A stretch of 64,000 nt of DNA from Oikopleura dioica (taxonomy: Eukaryota > Animalia > Chordata), in contig OU015566.1 of assembly GCA_907165135.1 (NCBI GenBank), positions 7,874,001 to 7,938,000 of the forward strand, read 5' to 3'. Both the position numbers and the translations under genes were made by a program. Shown here piece after piece: positions 1 to 13,008 of the stretch (position 1 is the first letter of the stretch; every line of letters begins with the position of its first letter). The notes below the pieces were generated by a model. It worked only from the letters and a program-made list of their open reading frames with translations, searched no databases and was not told the origin of the DNA.

Positions 1-3000
1 TATTTATTTGTATAATCGTTCGTAACTCTTAGTCGGCAAAAATCAATCAAAACTAAAAATACCGTACCTCTTCTTCTTCCTTTTTCAAGGCCCTTTCGAC
101 GACTGCTGTCAAGTCTTTAGCATCAATCGCCCCTGATGATAGCTCTTCAGATCCGCACGCTTCGATAAGAGCACAGGATACGCGTCCCATTGCGTAACTG
201 GGCATGCCGAGCAGCACCTCTTGAATGAAATTCGCAATAAACACCTTGATCGGCTTTGCCAGCTCCTCTTCTGAAAGCAGTTTTGGATTTGTCTCGGACT
301 GGGAGCTGAAAGAAAGCGCATTTCCTCGAACGAGTGAAAAGAAACTCGAGAGAGCTTCAAGTTGTCGCAGGAAGAGAAGTCGGCGGAGGTATCGCGAATC
401 GTAGGTTTCGTTTCGGATGAGCTTCTTTGCTGGAGATATTGAGTGATTCCAGCGTTCAGGGATCACCAAGTCAAAGAAGAACGACACGAGCTTTTCAGTC
501 GCGACTGTGATATCCTGAAAGAATAATTAAAAAAGGGCAGTGTGAAGGTTATTAAGTCACCTGGAAAATATCGTTGCACATTTTTACGAGCATAAGTCCT
601 GGCAGCGCGTTTCCATCACTTCCCATCCCTTCGCATAGCTCGTCGAAATGTCTCTCGAGTATCTGTGCCGTTTCCAAATACTGCTCTGTCGTAGCATCTA
701 CTTGTCTACTTCTGAGCACAGAGCTAAAAATAGACGATCATGAATAGGGGTCCTTTAAAAAAACGTCAGAAAATGTTGTTGACCGTTTTCTCTACTACCT
801 CAAGTTGCTGATCATCTTTGACAGAGGCTGAGAATAGGCCAAGTTGATGATGCCATCGATAAGCTGAGTGCTTTCTTCAACCTTTTAGTACAAGTTTTCG
901 ATGAGTTTCATTACAGCAGATTATTCGAAAATTAGAGTGCTCTCTGATTAATGGATTTGACAACGAAAGATCAAAGATCGATATAAGGGGTCAGTTGAAA
1001 CCAGTTTGATTGATCCTATGCGGCGAGCTAGGAATAAACGAGGAATAATTAGACAAATCAAAAACTTTCCTGAAGCAACGAAACGGCTTCTGGAACAATG
1101 TATCCTCTCCATTCGGAGTATAATTTGCCTAGACAAGTATACACATCGCTTGTCAAATGGATGTCCAACAAGTTCAGCGGCGCCACTGCCGTTGGAAAAA
1201 CTCTTGCGCAAATTGTCGCGATTTCTTTCTGCTCAAAATAAAGCGATTTCAATTCTTCAAAGAACCAGTCTCCTGATTTCGAATTGATCGACGCCAGCTT
1301 AGGCCCAGCTGTAGCTACATGTTCTTCCATCGTGATGGATTTCATGTAGTTCTGCGAAAAGACTTTGACGAGACATTGAAGAGTTGGAAGCTCGGCTCGA
1401 GGAAGATCAGCAAGTAGATCGTCCGTCGCCATTTCAACTGCTTTCATTGCTGTTGTAATATCAGCGAAAACATTTTCTTGTTGCGCTTGTCGCCTTTGAA
1501 TTTCGGTCAATTTCGCCTGGAGTCCTTCTCTGGGTTCGTCGATCTGGGAGGAGAGGCAGAGCGCCTTGGCTTTGATGAGACGCTTGCGAGTGCCGTTCAT
1601 CGACGAGTCCTCCAGCTCCAGCAGCCTTTCATGTGCGTTCTTGATTGAAGTACACGCGTCAATGCTCATCTCGTTTTCGAGCTTGAGAATGGCATTCGCC
1701 CAGAAGTTGATTCGATGAGAGTTCACGACCGTTTTCGGATACAACTGACGAATACTAATGTATGCGGCGAGCATCTTCACCCCTCGATGCGTGATTTGAT
1801 GTCGCCGTGCCAGAGTGGTATTGAGCTGGTTGTACAAATCACTCGCTTGGGCTGATAATTGCTTCTGCCCGATTTCTTTCATATAAACCTCTGCACTTTG
1901 GGCAGCGAAGGGCATGCTACTGACTGGCGTTAGTAATTCATCAACCAAAAGTTCGATTTCTCGTGCGGAGTTCAAGCCGATCTGCTCGGACGCTTGTTGA
2001 AAGTGCCCGAGACGCAGTCGTTTCTCATGCAACAGCTCCTTGAGGTTTTGGTTTTTATTTTGCATGATCTTGTAGCGCTTGAATCGATCGCCAAGAGTTC
2101 GCAAATGACCTTCAGAAATCTGGTCCAAGTATCGAGAAGCAGTGGTGATTTGCTTATGCGTTTCTTGCTCTTTTGATAGTTTGACGTTGACAACTTCGTA
2201 TTCTTCTAGTTTTTCGATGAGTGCAGCGAGGTGACGGTTCGTTTCTTCTTGAATGCCGATCATTGGCTGACGAACTTCAAGAAGTCGAGTAGCAAGAAGA
2301 GAACGCTGAATTTCCCTGTCCATTTCTCCTTTGTCCGGCTGATTCGTAGCAGCTGCTCCCCCATAAATCGCACCTGCGTATCCAGCATCAACGGCGCCGG
2401 TCCAGTCGACAAGCGGATCATAGACGAACGCCTCTAGCAGCGTCATAAGGGTATCTCGACCTTCTCGCAAAGTTCGCATGGTCTTTTCGCAAGCCTCTTT
2501 GAATGGTCCGTGGAGACCAGCAATTCCAAGTGCACCTTCCATATTCTGCGTGAGTCGGAATGGAACGCGTTCAGGAACTCGGAGCGTTGCACCCTTTTCA
2601 AAGCAGATGTTGTAATCAATATGAACGATTTCGCCAGTTTCTTGGTCGAAAAGAATGTTATCTAAATGACGATCGCCAAGGCCAATAACATAACCCAGCA
2701 TGCTCATCACTGCCAAAGACTTGGAAAAGATTGTTTGAGTGTTCAAAAAGTCCGCGGAGCAAGTTGAATTGCACCAGAGCTCTTTTTCAATCAAATCGTT
2801 AGGCGTATCTTTGACGAGTTCTCGATGCGCTTCTCTGAGAATGGAACTTGGCCATTCTCTTCGACTCGATTTCTCTGGGTTGACTCCCGCAGCAGCCAAA
2901 GCAGGGTAAACCTTGTTGTTAAATACGTCCACTGGACGATCGACTTTGACGTTATCAGACACATTGAGCTTATCTTGTTGTCGAATTTGCCATTTTTGTA

Positions 3001-6000
3001 GAAAACAAAGAAGGGATTAGACCCATGGACCCATCCGATCAAGCCAGATCTTGAGCCAAGAGGAGTAACGCTGTAGTTTCTCGCTGACAGACCAGTTGGA
3101 AGCAGACTGTTACAAACAGATAGAAACTGCATGATACGCTCGTCTAGATGGAGATCCTCCAGGCCTTTGAAGAGATAGGTGTATGTTCTCCCGTCTCCTC
3201 CCCGGAGATGAAGTTTCTTGGGTCTAGTCTTTGTCGGAAGGATGGTGAGCAGACCATGGAATTTTGTCACAGTCAGCCCAGAACGACCAGGCACTGGTAG
3301 GTAGGTATCCTTGAGTTTCGCCAATTTTGGGGAGATTTCTTTCAACGCCAGCTGCCCACGCTTTCCAGCTCGCGCCAAGAGTTCCTGGTGAAGTTGCTTG
3401 AATGGGGCCCAGGAAAGAGCAGGCTGCATGGGAGCAGGATTGGACTTGAGGCGATTGAGAGCCTCTTGAATGAGTTTTCCGTAACGGCGTTGGAATTTCT
3501 CTTCCATGGGGGTTTCTGGCTTTGCTGCTGTAATCTGGGCCAGATGTTGAAACGCAGTGAGCACGGGCTTCATTTGTGCCTGTTGGAGTTCGTTCATCAT
3601 CTTACTTTTCTGATCACTTGTCAATGAAGCATTCGCGTTTAATCGTTTCGCTTCCTCAGCAAGTCTGGAAAGTCGTCGCTGGATATCGGAATAGTGCTGT
3701 GTCAGACTTCCAAGCCACAATTCGTCCCAGAGGAGGGTGATTCGTCTCAGTTCGTGAACGACTACTTCTACGTCTTTTACGACAATCGGACTGAGATTAT
3801 TTCTGATTCTCTGGAGCGAAGCTTGCTGCTCAGAAAGCGACGATGACGAAATGGTTTGTTTTTGTTCATTTGAATCAAAGTCCCGAAGACCAGCTTCAAT
3901 TCGATGATCAGCCTTCGTCAGCGCGACAACAACGGCGAAAACGACCTCATCAGGTTTTTGTTGGGCGATTCGCTCGAGTAGCTCAGTAATCGCATTTCGA
4001 ACGTAGGGCTCGGGATGATGAAGACGAGAGAATAACTGCGGGACAATTTCAAGCCAGGATGAAACAGAAGAAGTTCTCAAACCAGTTTCCAGCACGGTTT
4101 TCAGTCCACCAGAATGTTTTGCGAGAAGTCTTTTTAGAGTTTTAAAAGGCCTTTGTGGTTATCGGAAATAAGATAATATCTAAAGGGAATCCCTTTAGAA
4201 ACTTTCCTTAAGAGACGTAATGAAGCATCGATATCCTTGTCAGCTACTCTCAACGCATCAAAATAGGCTGTGGCCGCCCTGGAGTACAGTTCAAATAGCC
4301 GATCGGATACCATACGCCAAATATTGAGCATTGTTGCAGTAATGCTGCCATATTGGTACAGCCATGGAAATTGATTGTACAATTTAACAGTGACTTGTTC
4401 TTCTTGTTGGAGAATCGAAATATTGTCGACGTTGTCTTCTGGGTATTCGATTAGCTGAGTCCTGCCGATAAGATCTCGCATTAGAGAAAATTGCGCTTGG
4501 AATTCTTCTTCGCTCTTCCAAATTACGTTTCTCAACGAGTTCTCCATGATCGAGCTTTCATGAGGCGTCAAGGTGACCAGACCAGATTTAGTTGCTCCGT
4601 CGATAACTCGCTTTCCCCACTTGTAGCAAAAGCTTCCAAGCGCTCGGTGAGCCTTTGCGTAGCTAGGTTGTTTGATAGACGCAAGATTTACAAGACATCC
4701 AAGGACAGCTTCTTGCTTCGCCTCTTCAAGCAATGATGGTCGGACGAGGGTTTTATCTTTGATATTTTGCTCAGCAGTGACCAAAAAGGCCAGAGAGTTG
4801 CAAAGATGATTTCGGCTCCCACCCGTTGCCATGATTTCTAATTCCGGGCCAATGTTCTTCCAGTCTTTCTCTGCCCAGGAAACGAGGTTCAAAAGAGATT
4901 TCCCGATCTCCTTATCTGCTGGAATATTGAAACCAGAGCTTGCATGAGGCCCAGACAGTTGCGGAACCTGTCGTTGCAATCTTTCGGATGTTGTGTGACC
5001 GAGTCTCATTATTGCATCCCGATAATTCCCAAGAGCAGCGAGTCGCTTACATTCCTGTCGCTCAATTTTATAGATAATATCCAGATCAACAGTTCTTCTG
5101 TTTGAACGAGCCTCCTTTTCAACAAGGAGCCTAGCTTTGCGGAAAAGAATGCTTGCTCTATTGAAGTTCTCCCTTGTTCGCTCAAATCTACCTTCCTCGA
5201 GACAGGAAATTGATGATTGATTGCGAACTCTGCAAATAATCGGAATCTCGCAGCATTCAGCAAGTTTTGCTCGTATCTTCAGGCTTTGGTAGTTCTTCTG
5301 CGATCCCTTGACGTCTCGCACGAGGGATGAGCCGTGGAGAATTCCGATCGCATCTTGCTTGATTTGACATGGCCACTGAAGACCTTCAGCCAGAATCATT
5401 GTTCGTCCTACGTCCTCCAATGTGTCTAGTGATCTATTTTCTCGATCAACCTTCGCCATAACCAGTTGAACATCGGCAATTTGCTTCATGAGCGGCCAAC
5501 GCCAGGTAGTCTCCGGAACTTTTGCCAAATAATCACGGCAGCTTCCGAGCACCTCTTGTTTGTCAAAGTTCTGGATTCCATCAAGATCGTAGTTTTTCAT
5601 GCATTTCACATAATCGAGATTGCCAAGTTGAGGATAATCCGAGTTACTTTCCAGCCAATTTTGAGCCTTCTCCCAGGATGAGATCGCCAAGAATGACTCG
5701 GAAATTTGCTGACGGACGAAGATTTCAGCGGTATTTACGTGATCATCCTCCGGATTCGCGACGCGCCTATCCTCTTCACGGTTTAAATACTCTTGGTAGA
5801 TAGCTATTGCTGGCTCAAATTTTCCATCAGCTTGGCGCGCACAGCCTTTCAGCCAGACAAAGTTCATGTCAATGTCGAGCTTTCTCGCCCAGTAGTAAAG
5901 CCCTGAGAGTCTCGATTCATCTTTGAGAGCAATACCAGCTTCTGCGCACATCATCAGAGTTCTCTCCAAGTTTGACCGATCAATTTCTATCTTCCGTCCG

Positions 6001-9000
6001 GCCGGAACAAGAATATTTAACAATTGCTGTCCATGATGCCAGGCATCAGCAGGCAATCCACAGTGAAGAGAGACGCGCATGATACTGAGACGGAGACCTC
6101 GAAGCCATTTGACACAGATTGATTTGTTGTTGATGAAAAATGTTCGGACGCTGGAATTGAAATTTTAATTTGGGGACTTTCCATTATTTTCGATTGACGT
6201 AAATTATAGTGGAATAAAAAACGAAACTGAGTTTATGAGTGACAAAATGGCTTATGGTGAGAAAATGGCAAAAAGCAGGACTAAATTATTGTTATTTATT
6301 AATAAAATCATGGAGGAGGCTGGAAACTCACTTCGTCCTCCCTGGGTCGAGTTCATTAATTTGCCTCGTAGACTTCTCATTAGAAATTGTAAAATATTTT
6401 CCACATATATTATATACTCCTAAGCAATGGAAACTCTTACCTTTTCGAAGACGTCGGCAGCGTCACACATCCTTCGTAGGCATTGAAAAATAGTCTCTCT
6501 AAATTGCCAAGAAAAGCAATCAGCAACCGAGGTCTCGTGAGCAAAAGTTTCACATGCTCATCGGATTTCTTTGGCAGTTTCGCTGTGGGCATGCCCAAGC
6601 TACGTTCAAATCCCCTGATTCCTTTTTCAATTGAATTCAAGGTCTGAATATTTGAACCGAGTGGCGTTTTCAGCCTATTCTCCACACAAAAGGCGGCGGC
6701 GTCCCATAAAGCCCAAAAGTTCAAATGCTGATTCGTAGCTGCCAGATTTCCTTTCGTCTCTCTTCCTGACCACCAGACTCCTCGTTCGAGCATTTCGAAT
6801 AGCCCCTCATCTTTTGCATTCAACAACAAGTCCATAACGCCGGAAAATTGTTCATTCTTGAATTGCTGTGGTCGGCACATTAGAGCTCGTCGGGCGATCC
6901 AAGCTCGGTACAAAACTGTATTTCGGGAGTTTTCATCAAAGTCCTTTTCAGTAAAATTGTTCATTGCTGAAGCAGGAATATTCAGCAGCAACTTGTTGTA
7001 GGAGTCTGCAATTTCATGATCAGCATGGCTTGAAAGCCAGAAAACGCCGCGAATGACATGTTTCGCAACGCTCTCCGGAGCAGCTCCGATTGCGTATTCA
7101 AGACATCTGTGGATTGCGAGCAACTGGCCTCGGTCAGCTTGCCAGGCGGCTTCGACAGTAGCTTCAGTGAGCTCTTCGAATTCCGATACGCATGTGAGCC
7201 CTCTTTTGTTGTCTGGTCGGCCGAGTTCGGTTTTATTCACACAGCGGATAATGTCTTTTGCCCAAGAAATGGCTAAATCTCGCACCGAAAAAGCCCCGTT
7301 CTTCTTTGTGAGAAGAAATGACACGAACTTCATCAATCGAGGGTAGTACTTTTTGAGCGGATGAAGAGCTTCTTTATTCATCAATCTTGTATTTCCCAAG
7401 AAATTGTTGATGAAATGACCATGACACTCACAGTGAGATCTCAGTGCAGTGACCAAAGCAAACTCCAAGGCTGGATAATTGAGTTCAACCATTGCGGGAC
7501 GCAGTTCTTTTTCGACGAGGACGAAGAAAGATGGCTGAATTTCATGGACTGAGAGTACGTTTACCTTTGTGCTGGCAAATTCGGTAAGAGCGGTTACCAG
7601 GAAGAGGGCGCTGAAAGATAAGATTGAACCAGGTGGACGTATGGTAAACAGCTGTTATAGTTTCATAAATATTCGGTTATTGTAAAGAGTGAATTCGTTT
7701 TTGAAATGAAATCAGTAATTCCTTCGTGATCTATGGTGTATCCCAAAAACTCTTTTTCCGGAAAAATAAAAATTATAAAAGTATAAAATGAACACATCAT
7801 CATAGTTGTAATAAACAGAGTAAAATTTGATGTGATACAAAATACTTTTTTACTGTACCTGTGTAAGGCTCTTTGTTCTGAAGCAAAATCATGAACATCG
7901 TCGACTTTCGCATTACTCATTGTCATATATTTCTTGATCGCATAAATTTCAATTCTCTTCGTAGCACCATGATATCTCAAGAGCTCATTCAGCGTCAATT
8001 GCAGCTCTCCAAGAACGCAGTAGTACGCTGATTGCTGAATAACTTGGCTGACAGAGCATCCAAGAGCAGATTGGTAGACTCCGAGGAGTTCCGCTACCGT
8101 ATCTGGGTGTTGAATATTCTTCCAGTGAGAGAGTTCGTTGATGAAAGTTGTCGCAAATTCTTCAGGCAATCCACAGGGCGCTTCTTGGATCAAAACGAGG
8201 ACCAGGGTGATTGCCATGATGCAATTCGACTCGGGAACTGCATCGATCAGCTTTCTTGTGAATTCCAAGACGCTTGTCGGAATTTGTTTCTGCTGCCATC
8301 CAGAAGTAGAGCCAGATACGAGCATGCAGGTCAGTTCGACGACGTATTTCGTGAGAGATTCCAGAGCGCAGAATCGCTTTTTTGTCAAGAACTCGTTTGA
8401 AATATTGACGATGACGTTCAACTGTCTACTGAGAAATGAATCATCAAAGTAATTATTCTTCGTAAAAGTCTCTAGCCCGATTGCTCGCATCAAACACTTG
8501 TAGGTTATCAACCTGTACTCAAGCTGCTTGAGTGTGTTTCCCAGAGGAGTAGCGAAAACGTCCCAATTCTCCGGATTTTCTTCGAACTCTTTGTAGCCCT
8601 TTTTCGCATCGTCCGTAAACTCGCGAATGTCTTTGAGAAAGTCGTCAAAGTACTGGACTGTTTGGTGCATATTCTGGCGCCAGAAACGGTCCAAATCGAG
8701 CATTGACTGGCACAGCTCCATGTAACTTTCCATATCATCCGTCGGTTCAACAAGCCAGCCGATGATGATGTCAGAAACGTCTTCAAAGCGCTCCAGAAAC
8801 ATGGATTCGTACGATTTCGACAATGAAATCATCGGGCTGAGGATGCAGAGCAGTGCTTGAAGGCTTTCTGCTTCTTCTAGCGCCTTGACAAGAGGATCAA
8901 TGACGATGCTCATGTTTGCGAGAAAATGCTCCTTGGGACGAGAGGTGAGAAAGATGTCGATGAAGACGAAGAAGTTCTCGCGGAATCGATGATCGAGCAG

Positions 9001-9369
9001 ATCGTCTGACTCAAATTGGGTTGCTACCCAGTTGAGTACAGGAACAACGATGGATTCATCGAAATCGTGAATAATCTTCATCAAATTCAAGAGGATTTCT
9101 GCAGAGTATTCTGTAAAGACGACGCCATTGACTCGGCTTCGGGACGATTCATGGAAGATTTTCAAGATATTTTCGAAGATTTCTTCCCAATTGTCGCAGA
9201 GCAACCGCTTTCGTTCTGAAGCTCGTTCTTCATCTGTCGATTTGAGAAAGTGAATTAGGTTTTCTAAGGAGGTGTATCTTTTCGGACGATCGTGGAGATC
9301 AGGCTGAGAAGCTTTCTTTGCATAGCGAAGAATTCGCTCCAGATCGTCGGGTTTATCCTTTGGGCCCAT
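1..9369 (-). CDS. SMG1: Serine/threonine kinase SMG1 (PIKK family, nonsense-mediated decay); 3' end runs off the window
   Basis: Kinase motifs GLGDRHLDNIL, HIDYNICFEKG, VPFRLTQN and LLEAFVYDPLVDW followed by a long post-kinase insertion, as in SMG1; also WLEIVPQLFSRLHHPE and TRPKKL. Splicing by eye restores homology: introns 7611-7858 (GT-AG), 6151-6440 (GT-AG), 4130-4206 (GA-AG), and a GA donor at 1069. One-base frameshift at 2993-2997. Start ATG at 9369 is tentative. Confidence 0.96.
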
Positions 9370-9839
9370 TTCGATTATCTGCACATTTTCTTAAATAGAT
9401 TTGGTTCGATCTTGATCTGTGAAATTGGTACAGGCGTGCTAGTAGATATTGGTTCATTCGAAGGGGTACTAAAAGAGGCACAGGATGGATGAGAAATTCA
9501 CAATTGTCATTCATTTATCCTTAGAAAAATGATTTTTAATCAAATGAATCTACGAAATTAAGTCTATTTTCGTCACTCATGAATTTTGCGTATGAAATGT
9601 TTCTGAAAGATTAAAGCAATTTCATATTCACTGACATTTTATGAATTTTCTGTATATTTCTCTGTATTAAAAATGAAACGAAAAAACCATAAAACTTTGT
9701 GTTCGAATCTCCTTGCGCTCGGATTGGCCGTGCGACCGGAAAATCGAATTCAGCGTTTGATCATTTTTGAAATACTGAACTTTGAGCGATACGACTTTTG
9801 TTGCAGTATTTATCGGGAAAAGAGAAAATATTTTTCAGT
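9370..9839. promoter_or_regulatory. Putative bidirectional promoter/outron region between divergent SMG1 and WDR18
   Basis: About 470 nt of AT-rich DNA between head-to-head start codons; inferred from gene orientation only. Confidence 0.55.
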
Positions 9840-11429
9840 ATGGAATTGTTATTTGTAAATACAGATTTCGGAGTACACGCGTACAACCCCTTCAATCGCC
9901 AAGAATGTCTCAAGTATTCAGTCCCTTCAAATGGAAGTTGCATTATCGACGACGAAATAATCATTATTCACGCGAATAAGCCTCTTATTTATGCTTTCAA
10001 GCTTCAACGATCTATCCAGGTACCATTCTCAACCCAAATTAGACTCTCAAAAGTCGCTCTTAGACGCCGAAAAAGTTCGTTCTTCCAGGAAAGCCAATGG
10101 CTATTTGTTCCCCAGGAATTGGAAAATTCGTCTTTGTCGGAATTTCTGGATCTCTGTACATTTGGCACGTGACTTCTGGCAGATGTATCCACAGCATACA
10201 ATGTCATTTTCAGGATATTAACAGAATTGCTTCGAATGAGCATTTTACTGTCACTTCTAGTCCTGATGGGTTGAGTTTTCAAATACACTTTTTGCGGAAT
10301 AGAATCTTTTCATGATAAGAGCTTTTAAAAACTCATTACAGTCAAGTCAACATCTTCGAAACAGTCTCCTTACTGGACGTCAACGCGCAGCCAAAAGCGC
10401 TGATCAAGTTGAATGCTCACTCACTGCCCATCACTGATGTCTTCTTGGAAGAAGATTTGCTTTACACAAGCTCGAGTGATTTTACTGTCAAGATTTGGTC
10501 ATTGGAAGAGTTGAAAGAAAATAGATCGGAGAAAGAAAAGAAGATCAAGCAGAGTAGCTTGCTTTTGTCGACATTGGACTTTCCAGCGGCAGTAACGTCA
10601 ATTGCACTAGAAGGAAGTATGAAGACGCTTTTTGCTTCGACGAGTGATGGAAGGTTTGGGAGAAATTTAAGGGACGTTTATTCGATATTTTAGGCTGCAC
10701 AAAATGGATATGTCGCTGAAGTTGCTAGAAAAAGGACCTCATAAAACGGATCAAACTGATTGGAGACATGATGCTAGTCATGGAGATATATTTATAGGTA
10801 ATTATGCATCATTTTTACAGCTTGTTGCTATCAGAAGTACCAAGTCGTAAAGATTTTTTCCTATTTATCAACTTATTGACTAGTTATTTAAATCAGGACA
10901 TGGGTCAGTGAGACAGGCTAAATGTTTCCAATCAACTAAAGACTTTCCAACACCAAATTTAAACCTTGAATTTTATCAGAAACGAGCCTCGATGGACTGG
11001 ATTGCTTGACATCAAGTGGCAACACACTTAGAATTTGGACTTCAGACAGCGCAGCCTTACTTCGGTCAATTCAACTTGCCGGATGCTGCCATAGTTTCTA
11101 TTCAAAAGTGGATATCTGGGGCATACTCAAAACAGACCTGGGAAAAGTCAAGAGCAAGTCAGCTTCTATGGAGAAAGTTCAGCATGTTCCGAGCAAAGAT
11201 GATGTCTTATTGAGGTAAAAACAACTTAAAAGCCCTCAATAAAGAGTTGTTTAGGTTCGAGAGTTTAAAGAAAACAAACTGTCCATTAATGGAGCTTGTC
11301 TCCTTACGAGCAACACAGCCGAAAGCAGAAAGTATAGAGAGAACGGAAGAAAACGATTCAGAAATTAAAAGGCTAAAGAAACTCAATTCAGAGCTCTACA
11401 GACAGCTCGCTGTGAAAGTACTTGAATGA
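9840..11429 (+). CDS. WDR18: WD40-repeat protein 18 (IPI3-like, rixosome/ribosome biogenesis), multi-exon
   Basis: Exon translations GISGSLYIWHVTSGRCIHSIQCHFQDI and NAHSLPITDV...TSSSDFTVKIWSL match the WDR18 pattern; C-terminal coiled coil EIKRLKKLNSELYRQL. TTTTTCAG ends one base before the ATG at 9840. Confidence 0.88.
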
Positions 11430-11478
11430 ACATTGAACGACTCTCCTCAACTCAATTAATCAATTGACAACCTTTAGA

Positions 11479-12955
11479 ATGTCGCATCACAATCGCCCTC
11501 ACCATTCTCGAAATCAACACAACGGCCAGGGAAATCGTCAGCACGGGAATAGAGGAGCTCCGCCAGTTCATAAGCCGAATACGATCACTGTCAGCCAAGC
11601 TTTAGAAGACATTGAGCAGTTCCAAAATAAATATGGATTCAGCAATACGGATAGTATGCAAGATCGAAGCAGAGAATTAAACTATAAACAGGAAGAAAGT
11701 GCTCTGTCAAATAAATTTCAAGAAGCGCTTGGGATTAACCAGGGTCAAATAAATGGATTAGGAAAGAGGAGTTTAACTGCTAACCATCGTGACGCACACC
11801 TCGAAACTCCTCAAAAGTAAAGCTTCAGCATGCGGACGCGATTCGAGCTTTCATGGAAGATCCAAAGCGTCACGAATACGCCGCATTCAGAACATTCGAG
11901 TTCATCTTCCGAATTCCGGAGCATCTTGATTTCGACAGATTGAACAGAGAGAGCACCTCGACAAACGAGATGCGTTACAAACTGTTGTGTAAGCTCATGT
12001 CACTTGGCATCTGTAAAGCGTGCGCTGGTCTAGTCGACAATCGGGACAAACGGGATGATCACAGATACAATCGGACGTTGAATGCGATTGCGTTGTGGAT
12101 GAAAATTAATCATAAGAAGATCGCGCACGTAAGCACATTGTCCTTTTCAAACTCTTCATCAATGTCTAGTCCCTGGCAAAGCAGGTCTACAAAGAATACT
12201 CCTTTACATCTCCAGCAGGAGGCGATCTGTACAAACTCGCGCTCGTCAGTCCTCGTCTTTGCGCAATGCTCATTTCTTGCTTTGGCGAAATCTATCGCGA
12301 TTCTCTTCCTCCCCCTCTCTTGCTCGATATTATTGCGACTTGGTTAGATAACGAGCCCCTTTCTTTGTTCTATCCGCTCTACCAGAACTCGAATATATGG
12401 CTGGGTTTTCTAAAACCAGAGCACTACACGGATGCAAACAAATTTATTCCAATGGCTGGATTGAAAGATTTAATTGGTAAGGCGTCTTTGGTATTCTCTA
12501 TCTGAATATTTTAGCTTGGAGCATACGCTTGGCGCTAGAAAACAACGAAAAAGATCCGTGGCGTTATCATCTGGTTCTTATCCGTAGTATTTCGACCCTG
12601 ACGAAAGTTCAAAGCAAAATGACGCAGAGAAAGAATGAACTTCGTCTATGGCCACGTGAGTCGATCCGCGCGCTCGTAGGAGAGCTCATGCAAGTTTCCA
12701 AAAAGATGGATGATCAGTTGACCAACGATGGGTCGGCCAAGGCAGATACTGTCATGGAAACTGTGATAGATAGGTATTTCATGATGCGATGGAAACTTGA
12801 TGATTTCCAACACAATGACTTTCAGATTCGCGCAAATAGCTCATGCTATGAAATGCCAAGGCGCCATGAAAGACTGCTCTCCTGCCCAATTCAATTCGCT
12901 TGTCTGTGTACTGCCAAGGACAAAAATGCTAGACATTGCTTCTGGCACCAAATAA
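11479..12955 (+). CDS. INTS15: Integrator subunit 15 (C7orf26 homologue), multi-exon
   Basis: Spliced translation LLCKLMSLGI...LAKQVYKEY...SPRLCAMLISCFGEIY..LPPPLLLDIIATWLDNEP...IDRFAQIAHAMKCQGA aligns by eye with C7orf26 (LLGKLVSMAV...SPRFCCQFITSV...IPPMDLLEMIVTWIFEDP...LDRLAQALQVAM). GT-AG introns near 12130, 12478 and 12774. Frame break at 11813-11816. Confidence 0.85.
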
Positions 12956-13008
12956 ACTTCAAATATTATCAATTTTCCGTGAATCTTACACTGAACTTTT
13001 CAGAGAAA

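Noticed and set aside
9695-9720. GTTCGAATC (tRNA B-box-like)
   Set aside because: No A-box or cloverleaf in the flanking AT-rich sequence.
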